A stretch of 64,000 nucleotides of DNA from an uncultured Candidatus Saccharibacteria bacterium (GCA_963545865.1 CAUUJX010000005.1:12529-76528); one strand, 5' to 3'. Numbered from the stretch's first letter, positions 34,377 to 43,895 are shown. A program made the numbers and translations. Notes: generated by a model from the sequence alone, not told the origin.

Positions 34377-35366
34377 CTAGATTTCGGCAGTTTGACGACC
34401 CTCGTAGAGGTTGAGGTACTGCGTGTAGACTGCCTGGTGGTAGGTAGCCATACCACCATCAGTTGACCCAACCATACTGTGACCAATGTTGAGCCGCTTT
34501 GGTAGGTTATAGTGCTGGAACGATGCATTGTTTGCCTGAGCCATGCGCTGTGGAATACTCACTGCTAGGCCGTTATCGACAGCGTCATCATTCTCACTCG
34601 TCACTGTCGCAACACGCTTGAGGCCCGGTGCAGCGAGGTCTTTCTTGAAGTTCTCTTTGACGATGAGATACTTGCCGAGTGCGCGGTATGACAGGCCACT
34701 TGGGCTAAACTTATCTGGCAAGATGTTATAACCATACAGCGTGCGTAAGACGGGTAGCTGCCACTTAGGGGCTTGGCTAGCTGCTGGCTCGTAGAATGGG
34801 GCAAGCAGCAGCACATTCGTAAAGAAGCCATTACCATACTGTGCAAGCCACGTCGCCATATCACCACCACCAGAGTGACCAACAATACCAAGCTCATCAC
34901 CGAGACCACTCACTTGCTGTGCACTCGTCTTCATGAAGTCGGCAATGTCTTTGGTAGAGATCTCACCATGGCGTTTGTTGTCGGTGTAGCCATGCTTGGG
35001 TACGCGTGGGACGTAGACGTTGTAGCCTTGGTTGTAGAATTCATCTGCCAAATTTCGGTAAACGTTGCTGCAGCCACTGATGCCGTGAATCATGAGGACG
35101 GCCTTTGCAGCGCGCTTGCCATGAGTCTTCGTGTAAGTGCGACACTCTGGGCGAATGGTACTGTCGCTCTCTTCTTGCTTGATTTGCTGGTCGATGCTAT
35201 TCATCGCCTCGTTGTAGTTCTTGCGGCTTATAGTAGCTGAGCGCAAATCGCTACTGGCGGCCGCTTGGCTTGGCGCTAGGAACGTTGTTGCTGCCACAAG
35301 CCCTGTCACACTCAACAGGCCAGCAACAACCCAACTCTTTAGGCTGATATAGTCTGGTTTTGTCAT
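34377..35366 (-). CDS. membrane-anchored/secreted alpha/beta hydrolase, paralogue B
   Basis: HGISGC and GHSGGG. Shares long identical blocks with 30810-31802. SD AAAGGAGGA upstream. Confidence 0.7.
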   Translation of the reverse strand: MTKPDYISLKSWVVAGLLSVTGLVAATTFLAPSQAAASSDLRSATISRKNYNEAMNSIDQQIKQEESDSTIRPECRTYTKTHGKRAAKAVLMIHGISGCSNVYRNLADEFYNQGYNVYVPRVPKHGYTDNKRHGEISTKDIADFMKTSAQQVSGLGDELGIVGHSGGGDMATWLAQYGNGFFTNVLLLAPFYEPAASQAPKWQLPVLRTLYGYNILPDKFSPSGLSYRALGKYLIVKENFKKDLAAPGLKRVATVTSENDDAVDNGLAVSIPQRMAQANNASFQHYNLPKRLNIGHSMVGSTDGGMATYHQAVYTQYLNLYEGRQTAEI

Positions 35367-35501
35367 GTCAGTCCTCCTTTAGTACTCTCCAGTATGCCGG
35401 AATGTTGCGTCAATTGCAAACACTGGTTATATATCTTGAGACGAGCTTATACTGTTGTAGTTCGAGACTAACAGAGGTCATATTGATGTAAAAACCACAA
35501 T

Positions 35502-35531
35502 AAAACCGCATTACTATACAAATGCGGTTTT
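35502..35531 (-). terminator. intrinsic terminator downstream of 35555-36304
   Basis: 10-bp stem AAACCGCATT/AATGCGGTTT. A T-rich tract follows on the minus strand. Confidence 0.65.
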
Positions 35532-35554
35532 CGGTATATCACTGGTAACGAGTA

Positions 35555-36304
35555 TTAGTCGTGATTAAACTCAAGCCGCTTCAGTCGCTCGTACTCATCG
35601 AATTGATAACTGACGCGGATACTTGTGCCAGTATCATCGGTGACGCGGGCGTGATGGACACCATTGTCATCGTCGTTCATCTCGATGCTCCAGCCTGGCA
35701 TCAGCTCCACAAAGCCCTCCAGCGACCATGCAATGTCATCCACCTGTTGCAGGTAGCGTGGCAGGCGTGAGTAGAAGTAGTCGAGCGTAATGGGCGGCAC
35801 GGGCTCAGAGATGTTCTCAAGCAAAAGCACCACACGGCGACCACCACGAATCGGTGAGCTGTAGTAATAGTAATCCGTGCCAAAGATAGTGATAGCAGCA
35901 AAGCCGATATCGTGCGCGACACTGGCGATTACAAGCTGCTGGTCTATGTCGGACGGGAAAGTATATTCAACTTCTGGGCTAACGAGATCATTCTCTTTGT
36001 GCTCTAAGCCATACTCGCGTACCTTGTGGGCGAGCTCGACCGCTTTGCCAAACTGTGCAAGCTCGTCCGCGTAGCCCCACATGAGAGTTGGTGGCTCGAC
36101 GGCGATAGATGCAAGCAGGTGTGCCTTGGCCGTCACCTTACCTGTGTCTGATACCATGGCGAAATACTGTTTATTGAGATCGACCTCGTAGCGAGAAGAG
36201 TCGTACGACCCAACCTTGTCCTGAAACATCGTGTCCATTAATTCTTGGCGGAGCGCGCTATAAATACAGTTACGCTGTCCCATTCGTCGAATACCGGTAT
36301 GCAT
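35555..36304 (-). CDS. hypothetical protein, possibly DUF6882-like
   Basis: 249 aa with SD GGAGG 5 nt upstream. RYEVDLNKQYFAMVSDTGKVTAKAHLLASIAVEPPTLMWGYAD recalls the DUF6882 pattern. This is from memory only, not from a search. Confidence 0.5.
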   Translation of the reverse strand: MHTGIRRMGQRNCIYSALRQELMDTMFQDKVGSYDSSRYEVDLNKQYFAMVSDTGKVTAKAHLLASIAVEPPTLMWGYADELAQFGKAVELAHKVREYGLEHKENDLVSPEVEYTFPSDIDQQLVIASVAHDIGFAAITIFGTDYYYYSSPIRGGRRVVLLLENISEPVPPITLDYFYSRLPRYLQQVDDIAWSLEGFVELMPGWSIEMNDDDNGVHHARVTDDTGTSIRVSYQFDEYERLKRLEFNHD

Positions 36305-36497
36305 ATAAACCTCCAGATTATGTTCTTGTATGCTTTTGTAATTGTAGCATAAGCAGATGGATAATGTAGCATATTCTGGATAGTATCGCTATTTTATGTC
36401 AACACTACAGGGGTAACACACTGCACTCTCAAGCAACCTTGACAGCACCACAGAAGATAGATACTATATACGTATAACTATACATATAAGGAGGAGT

Positions 36498-37001
36498 ATG
36501 ATGGCCAATAAAACAATCTATTTTTCGCACAACGACGAACGCTATATTGAAGGGACTTTGCCTGGCCTTAGTATGAGTCTATCTGCAGCACTGATGGCGG
36601 GTTATCGTTTGTTAGTTGAGCGGCAGCAAGCAACACACGATAGTTTTCATGAAGTACAGCTGCGCGTTGGCAAGGATGGCGTGTATCAGCATAAGATTTT
36701 TATGGGCCGTAAGATATACAGGACAATAGCAAAGGACAAAGCAGCTCTTCGCGAACAGCGAGTGTATCTTACGCAAAAGGGCCGCTATGTGTACTATGAG
36801 CGCAATGACGCCGACTGGAACTATTGGCCTACAGGCACGCAGCGTAGCACGCAAACCAACGACAATCCAGCGACGGTCAAACAATGGGGACGAATGGAGG
36901 TTGTCGATACGATCGATGAGCTCGCGACGTATATCCCAGAGCGCGCTGTGCAAAATTTGCAACAAAGCCTGGAGCAGCCAGTAGAGCATCTGGATATTTG
37001 A
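36498..37001 (+). CDS. EXLDI-family-like protein (function unknown)
   Basis: 167 aa ending ...QPVEHLDI, that is the C-terminal E-x-L-D-I motif that names the EXLDI family of roughly 160-aa proteins. SD AAGGAGGAG upstream. Confidence 0.5.
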   Translation: MMANKTIYFSHNDERYIEGTLPGLSMSLSAALMAGYRLLVERQQATHDSFHEVQLRVGKDGVYQHKIFMGRKIYRTIAKDKAALREQRVYLTQKGRYVYYERNDADWNYWPTGTQRSTQTNDNPATVKQWGRMEVVDTIDELATYIPERAVQNLQQSLEQPVEHLDI

Positions 37002-37122
37002 GAGATAAGACGGTAGATAGTTTCGTATCTTTTATATGTAGTAGCGTTGATATACGACGAAAGAGAATACGGTTTGTAGCGCACGTTTGTTACACGAGTA
37101 AAGCAATCCAGGAGGAGGATTT

Positions 37123-37575
37123 ATGACACGATATTGGCTCGGTGTGGCCTCGAAAGACCACGTCCAAATAGGAGTAGGGGGTGGCTTTTGTCAGCTCTGC
37201 CATGGCAAGAAGGCACCACTGACCCGCATGCAGCGTGGTGATTATATCCTATACTATTCGCCCAAGCAGGCATTTCAATCCGCTGAGCTCTGCCAGGCAA
37301 TTACGGCATGTGGTGTGGTAGCGGGTGATGACGTATACCAGCACGAGATGTTCCCGGGGTTCATCCCATACCGACGAGATATTGCCTGGCATGCGCCAGT
37401 GCGTGAGGTACCAATTGCGGTGCTGCGCACGCTGCCTGGCTGGCGCGATATCACGCCTAAGCTGCGCTTTGGCCATGTAGAACTGCCCGAGGAGCTATTT
37501 CGGGCAATCTACGAATATATGACGGCCACTACGCAGCATGCTAATATTTCCACCTCCGAGAAACGAGAAGAGTAG
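37123..37575 (+). CDS. EVE (PUA-like) domain protein
   Basis: 150 aa. MTRYWLGVASKDHV...GDYILYYSPK is the typical EVE N-terminal pattern. SD GGAGGAGG upstream. Confidence 0.6.
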   Translation: MTRYWLGVASKDHVQIGVGGGFCQLCHGKKAPLTRMQRGDYILYYSPKQAFQSAELCQAITACGVVAGDDVYQHEMFPGFIPYRRDIAWHAPVREVPIAVLRTLPGWRDITPKLRFGHVELPEELFRAIYEYMTATTQHANISTSEKREE

Positions 37576-37612
37576 CACAGCTTTACCTCGAGATGGTATA
37601 CTATAACTCAGT

Positions 37613-40186
37613 ATGAAAGTCAGCCTTAATGTTATAAAACAACTTATTAACTTTGAACTACCGCCGGTGGATGAGCTGGTGCGGCGTATTAATCAGCAGC
37701 TTGGTAGCGTGGAGCAGGTAGAGAACCTGGCCGAGCGTTACCGCGGCGCGCGCGTGGTGCGGGTGGTGGAGTGTGCCAAGCACCCCAATGCCGACCGCCT
37801 GAGCGTGACCAAAATTGATGACGGCATGACAGTGCCCGATGTGCCGCGCGATGAAAACGGCCTGGTGCAGGTGGTGTGCGGTGCGCCCAATGTGCAGGCT
37901 GATATGTGGGCCGTGTGGCTGCCGCCTGCAAGCACGGTGCCATCTAGCATCCTCGAGGGCAAGCCCTTTACGCTTGATGCGCGCAAGCTCCGTGGGGTGC
38001 TGAGCCAGGGTATGCTGGCTGCGGCTGATGAGCTAGCAATTGGCACCGACCACGAGGGGATTGTGGCACTGACGCCACGCGACCTGCCAGCGGGTAAGAC
38101 GCTGCAACCAGGGGCTGACTTTGCCGCGCTGTTTGGCCTCGATGACTATGTGCTTGATATCGAGAACAAGATGTTTACCCACCGGCCAGATTGCTTTGGC
38201 CAGCTGGGTGTGGCGCGCGAGATTGCTGGCATTCTCCACCAACCATTTACGAGCCCTACCTGGTATAACCTGGAGCAGGTATTTGGCGATGGTGATAGTG
38301 TGTCACTTGCGGTTTCGAACGATATTCCGCAGCTTGTGCCACGCTTTATGGCGGTGGTGATCCGCGGCGTGCAGGTAGCGCCCAGCCCGTTTTGGCAGCA
38401 GTGCCAACTGGTGGCGATGGGGACAAAGCCCATTAATAACATTGTGGATGCAACCAATTATGTGATGCTCATGACGGCCCAGCCAACCCATGCGTATGAT
38501 TACGATACACTCCACGGTGGGCAGCTTGGCGTGCGTATGGCGCGGCAGGGCGAAACACTGGCGCTACTGAGTGGCAAGACAATTGAGCTGACACCAGATG
38601 ATATTGTGATTGCCGATGGGCAAGGCCCGGTGGCCCTGGGTGGTATTATGGGCGGCAGCCGCACTGAAGTATCGGCCACGACCACCACGATTGTGCTGGA
38701 GTGTGCCACCTTTGATATGTACGCAGTGCGCAAAACGGCCATGCGCCACGGCGTGTTTACCGATGCGCTGGCCCGCTTTAATAAAGGCCAGTCGCCCCTG
38801 CAGAATGCGGCTGTGCTGAACCGGCTGATTGGTATGGTAGGCGGCGAGCAGGCGAGCCACGTAGCGGATATTAAGCCATTTACGAGTGAACATGGTGGGA
38901 TTCTTGATGAGTATTTTGCAGGGAAGTACGAGCCCGCAACCATAGACATAACGAGTAGATTTATTAATCAGCGGCTTGGCTCTCATCTTGCCGAAAACGA
39001 CATCTGTACTTTGCTCAATAACGTTGAAATCCACAGTCATGGCCCAGAGAAAGAGCTTGGCTATATCTGCCTGCAGGTGCCTTTCTGGCGGACAGACCTG
39101 GAAACTAAAGAGGATATTGTTGAAGAAGTTGGCCGGCTGCACGGCTTTGATGCTGTGCCGCGCCAGCTGCCTATGCGCCGTATCCGGCCGGCGCGCAAGA
39201 ACCCCCGCCGTGAGCTGAGGCGAGTTGTGCGCGAGGCGCTAGCTAGGGCGGGTGCTAACGAAGTACTCAGCTATAGCTTTGTGCACGAGCGCGTACTGAG
39301 GGGCGCAGGCCAAGATCCGGCCCAGGCTTTCAGCCTCTCGAACGCCCTCAGCCCAGACCTCCAGTACTACCGCTTGAGTGTGCTGCCGAGTTTGCTCGAT
39401 AAAGTCCACGCTAATATCAAGGCAGGGCATAGCGAATTTATGCTATTCGAAATCGGCAAGGGTCACACCAAGGCACGAATGGGTGAGGACGGCCTGCCAG
39501 CTGAACAATCACTGATCGATCTTGTGTATAGCAGCAAAAAGCCTCGGGCTGGTGCTGCCTTTTACCGGGTGCGGGCAACGCTAGATCAGCTGGCGCATGA
39601 TAGCGGCCTGACTCTCGTGTATACGCCAGTCACGGCAGCTCAAGATGATCCAGTATATGCACCTTTTGACATCAATCGCTCAGCTCATGTCTGGGTAGAA
39701 GGTAGCGAAGCGGCTAGCCAGTCCAAGCGGCAGCTTATTGGTGTGGTTGGTGAGCTGCGCCCGGCAGTAGTGAAGCATTTCAAGCTACCTGATTATACTG
39801 CAGCGGCATCACTTCGCCTTGATGTGATGGAGCAGGTATGGCGTGATACGATGGTGCACTACCAGCCAATTAGTCGCTACCCTACCACCGCGCGCGATAT
39901 CTCAATCCAAACAAGTACAGAGGTTACCTATAATGAACTCGTGCAGGCAGTCTCGAGCGCTATGACTCGGGCTAGCGAAACATACCCAGATGTAACGATT
40001 CGCGATCTCACGCCGCTGAGTATTTACAAAGCAACCCCTGATGCATCACATCAAACCACCACATTTCGCCTAACGCTATCGAGTAGTCAAGCAACGCTGA
40101 GTGCTGAGCGTGTCCGTTCGATCATTCGGACAGTGTTTGCACCCGAGCAGCATGCGCTGTTTCAGGGCGTGGACTTTGGCGAATGA
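37613..40186 (+). CDS. pheT: phenylalanine--tRNA ligase beta subunit
   Basis: 857 aa: tRNA-binding OB domain (HPNADRLSVTKID), B3/4, B5 (FWRTDL..KEDIVEEVGRLHGFD) and anticodon-binding domains. Confidence 0.92.
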   Translation: MKVSLNVIKQLINFELPPVDELVRRINQQLGSVEQVENLAERYRGARVVRVVECAKHPNADRLSVTKIDDGMTVPDVPRDENGLVQVVCGAPNVQADMWAVWLPPASTVPSSILEGKPFTLDARKLRGVLSQGMLAAADELAIGTDHEGIVALTPRDLPAGKTLQPGADFAALFGLDDYVLDIENKMFTHRPDCFGQLGVAREIAGILHQPFTSPTWYNLEQVFGDGDSVSLAVSNDIPQLVPRFMAVVIRGVQVAPSPFWQQCQLVAMGTKPINNIVDATNYVMLMTAQPTHAYDYDTLHGGQLGVRMARQGETLALLSGKTIELTPDDIVIADGQGPVALGGIMGGSRTEVSATTTTIVLECATFDMYAVRKTAMRHGVFTDALARFNKGQSPLQNAAVLNRLIGMVGGEQASHVADIKPFTSEHGGILDEYFAGKYEPATIDITSRFINQRLGSHLAENDICTLLNNVEIHSHGPEKELGYICLQVPFWRTDLETKEDIVEEVGRLHGFDAVPRQLPMRRIRPARKNPRRELRRVVREALARAGANEVLSYSFVHERVLRGAGQDPAQAFSLSNALSPDLQYYRLSVLPSLLDKVHANIKAGHSEFMLFEIGKGHTKARMGEDGLPAEQSLIDLVYSSKKPRAGAAFYRVRATLDQLAHDSGLTLVYTPVTAAQDDPVYAPFDINRSAHVWVEGSEAASQSKRQLIGVVGELRPAVVKHFKLPDYTAAASLRLDVMEQVWRDTMVHYQPISRYPTTARDISIQTSTEVTYNELVQAVSSAMTRASETYPDVTIRDLTPLSIYKATPDASHQTTTFRLTLSSSQATLSAERVRSIIRTVFAPEQHALFQGVDFGE

Positions 40187-41580
40187 GGGTGATGTAAGCG
40201 ACGCTGTGGTAGGCGATTGCGTAGGCGGAGGAAGCTTCGCCGCGTGGGTCGGCCAATTAGCACGCCAAATGACGCACCAGCCGCAATGGCAATAGCGATG
40301 AGGACAGCACGCACTAGTAGACCTGCCTCGCTTGAGCCAGTCGTCACGACGCCCATGAGCCCATTGTAGAGTGTGACGCCTGGCACAAGTGGAACGATTC
40401 CGGCATTGACGATGGCAAGGCTAGGCATATGCCACAAGCGGGAAGCGGTTGTCGCAATAAAGCCAATCACCAATCCCGCTGCCGCACTGGCCGCAATAGC
40501 AGACATACTCCAGCCAGTAATGGCGAGGTATATATCATAGCCAAGCATGCCAGTTGCACCAGCTAGGATGATGCCGACTGGCTGAGTGTGATTGCCGAGA
40601 GCAAAGGTGGCAGCAATAGCAGCTGCTCCGATATACTGATACATCGTGCCGGTCAGCTGCAACTGATCGGGTGTGGCAACAAATTCAATCCCAAAACGCC
40701 GCGCTGTATACAGACCAATCATCACACCGATCACCACACCCATTGTCATCATTGCCACTTTGAGTAGTCGACCCGTCGCCGTCACGTAATATTCGTCGAT
40801 TGCATCCTGGAAAGCACCAACGATCATCATCCCTGCCACCAAGAGCACGATACCACTAACGGTTATGATGGTTGGGTTGATGATACCAAGAACATCGAGA
40901 TAATGGTTGGTGGCAAGCCACGTAATGATGGTTGCAACCAATGTAATAACGCTTGCCGCGATGATTTGCGTAAAGAACACAGGAAGAGCAATGCGATTTA
41001 AGCGGCCTAGCAGCCACATAATCGTCACACCCATCACAAAAGTGGCAAAAATCACTGGTAGCGACGCTGTATAGAGCAAGGCCGAGCCAGCACTGAGTCC
41101 GCCGCCTGCCAGATAAATTACCCAGGGTGGATAGCGTCGTGGCTTGGCAAGGATAGCATCGAGCTCGCGCTCGGCAGCATCGAGAGTGAGCGCTCCCTCG
41201 GCAATAGTAGCGGCCAGGGTCTGGAGGCATTGCATATGTTGGTAGTTGATCTCGCGTGGTGGGATGGTGCGCAGAAGCGTCAGTGGTTCGTAATCGTTAC
41301 CTCGATCTTGCGATAAAATAAGCTGCGACGAAATAACGTCGATATGTACTTTGCGGGTACAGTAGGTGTCCGTAATACTGAGCGCCATATGAACGACATT
41401 TTGGGCTGGTGTCCCCATTGAAATAAGCTGGTCAGCAATGCTCATTGCTAGGCGCAGAGCACGCATATTGGGTGTGAGGGCACCATCAAGTTTCTCGACT
41501 GGTGCTGATTGCAGCGCGGTCGTACCGCCAATAGCCAGGCGGGCAAGCAGAGGTGAAAATAAGGTGTGGAGACGGTTCAT
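40162..41580 (-). CDS. threonine/serine exporter family protein (ThrE, DUF1212+DUF3815)
   Basis: 472 aa: soluble N-terminal domain followed by about 10 TM helices. Convergent 25-nt overlap with pheT. Confidence 0.65.
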   Translation of the reverse strand: MNRLHTLFSPLLARLAIGGTTALQSAPVEKLDGALTPNMRALRLAMSIADQLISMGTPAQNVVHMALSITDTYCTRKVHIDVISSQLILSQDRGNDYEPLTLLRTIPPREINYQHMQCLQTLAATIAEGALTLDAAERELDAILAKPRRYPPWVIYLAGGGLSAGSALLYTASLPVIFATFVMGVTIMWLLGRLNRIALPVFFTQIIAASVITLVATIITWLATNHYLDVLGIINPTIITVSGIVLLVAGMMIVGAFQDAIDEYYVTATGRLLKVAMMTMGVVIGVMIGLYTARRFGIEFVATPDQLQLTGTMYQYIGAAAIAATFALGNHTQPVGIILAGATGMLGYDIYLAITGWSMSAIAASAAAGLVIGFIATTASRLWHMPSLAIVNAGIVPLVPGVTLYNGLMGVVTTGSSEAGLLVRAVLIAIAIAAGASFGVLIGRPTRRSFLRLRNRLPQRRLHHPHSPKSTP

Positions 41581-41809
41581 CGCTTTTTAGTATACTGAGA
41601 AAAATCGTCATTGCAAGAGGCGTGTTGGCCGATGGTTGTTCGCGTGGTGTTTCTGCGCAGCGCAAGGTGATGGTGAGTAATAGTGCTGGCAAAATAACTG
41701 CAGCGCAAACGAACCAGCATTTATCGATGTGACCTCTGTTATCTAGCAGTCATACTGGCAAGTGTGCTATACTGGGCAAGATAGATTAGTCGATGAAATA
41801 AGAGGAGTT

Positions 41810-42499
41810 ATGGCAACAACCAAGACACAACGCTGGATTATTATTGTTATTTTGGTCGCGACGGTTGTCGGGATACTAGGGTCATTTGCGGCGACGTTTC
41901 TCGCTTCGGAGAACTACAAGAATGACCAAGCCAAAGCGCAAAAGGCGCAGGAAAAATACCAGAAACTCATGAAGGACTACCAAGCTAAGACAGCTGCTCA
42001 AGCCCAAGAGCTGTCAAACAAATATTACCCGACCTTTAGCCAATATACGAGCCGAGTTGGTGAGTTTGATCGGGATAGCGTGAAGGAGCTCTCTAGCGAA
42101 GATCTGGTGGTTGGCGATGGTGAGGAGATCAAGGACAATACGGCATTTGCGGCCTACTACATTGGCTGGAACCCAAAAGGCAAGGTATTTGACCAATCTA
42201 TCAAAGACGGTAAGCTTGATGCACCATTTGCCGTTGAGAGTGGGCTCAAGAGTGCGGGTGTTATTACTGGTTGGAAAGAAGGCATCAAGGGGATGCGCCT
42301 TGGTGGAGTGCGTGAGCTAACCATCCCTTCCGACAAAGCATACGGTGAGAAAGGCCAAGGCAATGACATTCCTGCCAATACACCACTGAAGTTTGTCGTG
42401 ATGGCAGTGCCAAAGCCAGCTACGATCGATACTTCAGAACTATTGAAGGCATACCAAGAAGGCCAAGGAGGGGGCAACTATGGACAACACTACCAATAA
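41810..42499 (+). CDS. membrane-anchored FKBP-type peptidyl-prolyl isomerase
   Basis: ATG at 41810 follows AGAGGAG. N-terminal TM helix. The FKBP core reads GVITGWKEGIKGMRLGGVRELTIPSDKAYG. Confidence 0.8.
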   Translation: MATTKTQRWIIIVILVATVVGILGSFAATFLASENYKNDQAKAQKAQEKYQKLMKDYQAKTAAQAQELSNKYYPTFSQYTSRVGEFDRDSVKELSSEDLVVGDGEEIKDNTAFAAYYIGWNPKGKVFDQSIKDGKLDAPFAVESGLKSAGVITGWKEGIKGMRLGGVRELTIPSDKAYGEKGQGNDIPANTPLKFVVMAVPKPATIDTSELLKAYQEGQGGGNYGQHYQ

Positions 42500-43445
42500 C
42501 AATAAACCAACCCAGACACCAGTCTACGACGTTGTCATGATTGGCGCGGGGCCAAGCGCTCTGGCTGCCGCGGTATATACGACGCGTGAGAACCTGCAGA
42601 CGGTATTGTATGAAAAAGCAGTGATTGGTGGCCTCGCAGCGATTACCGATAAAATCGATAACTACCCAGGTTTTGCTGACGGCGTAGCAGGCCTCGACCT
42701 CGCCGAGCAGCTCCAGCGCCAGGCAGAGCGCTTTGGGGCGCAGATTGAGCTGGGTGAGGTGTCGAGCCTCCGCAAAGATGGCAATGATACGATTGTGACA
42801 GTTGATGGGCAGGATGTGCGTGCCCATGCGGTGTTGATTGCCACTGGTAGTGCATATAACAAGCTTGGTATCCCTGGCGAAGATGCATTGTATGGTCGCG
42901 GCGTACACTACTGTGCCACCTGCGACGGTGCGTTTTATAAAGGCAAGCGATTGGTGGTGATCGGTGGCGGCAACTCTGGCTTGCAAGAGGCGATGTTCTT
43001 GACTCGCTTTACAGAGCATATTGACCTCCTGGTGCGGAGCACAATCAAAGCGAGTGAGATCCTCCAGACCGACCTGCAGCCCTTTATCGAGCGAGGACAA
43101 ATTAGCGTTCATCTTCATACCGAATCGACCGAAATTATAGCAGAGGACGGCAAAGTGACTGGTGTTGCAGCTATCAGTAATGGCCAGCCAACTACCTTCG
43201 CCTGTGATGGGGTGTTTGTCTTTGTTGGTCTTAAGCCAAACACGGGCTTTTTGCAGGGTACGCCCGTCCAGCTCGATGAGCGGGGGTTGATTATCACCAA
43301 TGAACATCTTGAGACGACAATGCCTGGTGTCTTTGCCAGTGGTGATGTACGTAGTGGCGCAACGATGCAGATTGCTACAGCGGTGGGCGAAGGCGCGACG
43401 GCTGCTTTGAGTATCCGTGAGTATATTCAGCAGCACAAAGCATAG
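42480..43445 (+). CDS. trxB: thioredoxin-disulfide reductase
   Basis: GAGPSALAAA FAD motif, redox CATCDG, GGGNSGLQEA NADPH motif, 321 aa. Confidence 0.92.
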   Translation: MDNTTNNNKPTQTPVYDVVMIGAGPSALAAAVYTTRENLQTVLYEKAVIGGLAAITDKIDNYPGFADGVAGLDLAEQLQRQAERFGAQIELGEVSSLRKDGNDTIVTVDGQDVRAHAVLIATGSAYNKLGIPGEDALYGRGVHYCATCDGAFYKGKRLVVIGGGNSGLQEAMFLTRFTEHIDLLVRSTIKASEILQTDLQPFIERGQISVHLHTESTEIIAEDGKVTGVAAISNGQPTTFACDGVFVFVGLKPNTGFLQGTPVQLDERGLIITNEHLETTMPGVFASGDVRSGATMQIATAVGEGATAALSIREYIQQHKA

Positions 43446-43532
43446 AATAGATAGTGCTAGTGTGGGGTGGCTAAGAGCCTAAATCTCAAAACTTAGCTCT
43501 TCGGTGTTACCCCCCTTCTATCTAACAAAGTA

Positions 43533-43559
43533 AAAAATCAGTCGTCATGGCTGATTTTT
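43533..43559 (+). terminator. intrinsic terminator downstream of trxB
   Basis: AAAATCAG/CTGATTTT stem followed by T's. Confidence 0.55.
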
Positions 43560-43895
43560 ACTAGTGTGAAGACGAGTCGATACGCCTAGAGAGGTATTTG
43601 ATCATATAGAGTGCTCTTATTGAATAGAGCAGCAATATTTTGACTTCTGTATAATCTTGTCAACTGCATTGAAGGGCTACCGTCTGCTCTTTTTGGTCGC
43701 CTTTTTCTATTAAAGCCTCTAAGCGCTTACCCAATTATTGTTCCTTTGTATCAAAGTGGATAGTAGTAGTATTCGTCCACAGAAAGGAACGGAGAGGCCT
43801 ATCATCACCCAAATGAGACGTTAGTTGGATTTAGACAGTATTCCTAATCTCGCACGACAGGCGTACTGTGTTTTATCAGATAACTTCATATATTA

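Noticed and set aside
42420-43436. 338-aa ORF on the minus strand
   Set aside because: It is antisense to trxB, which has clear FAD/NADPH/CATC motifs. Typical shadow ORF in a GC-balanced gene.
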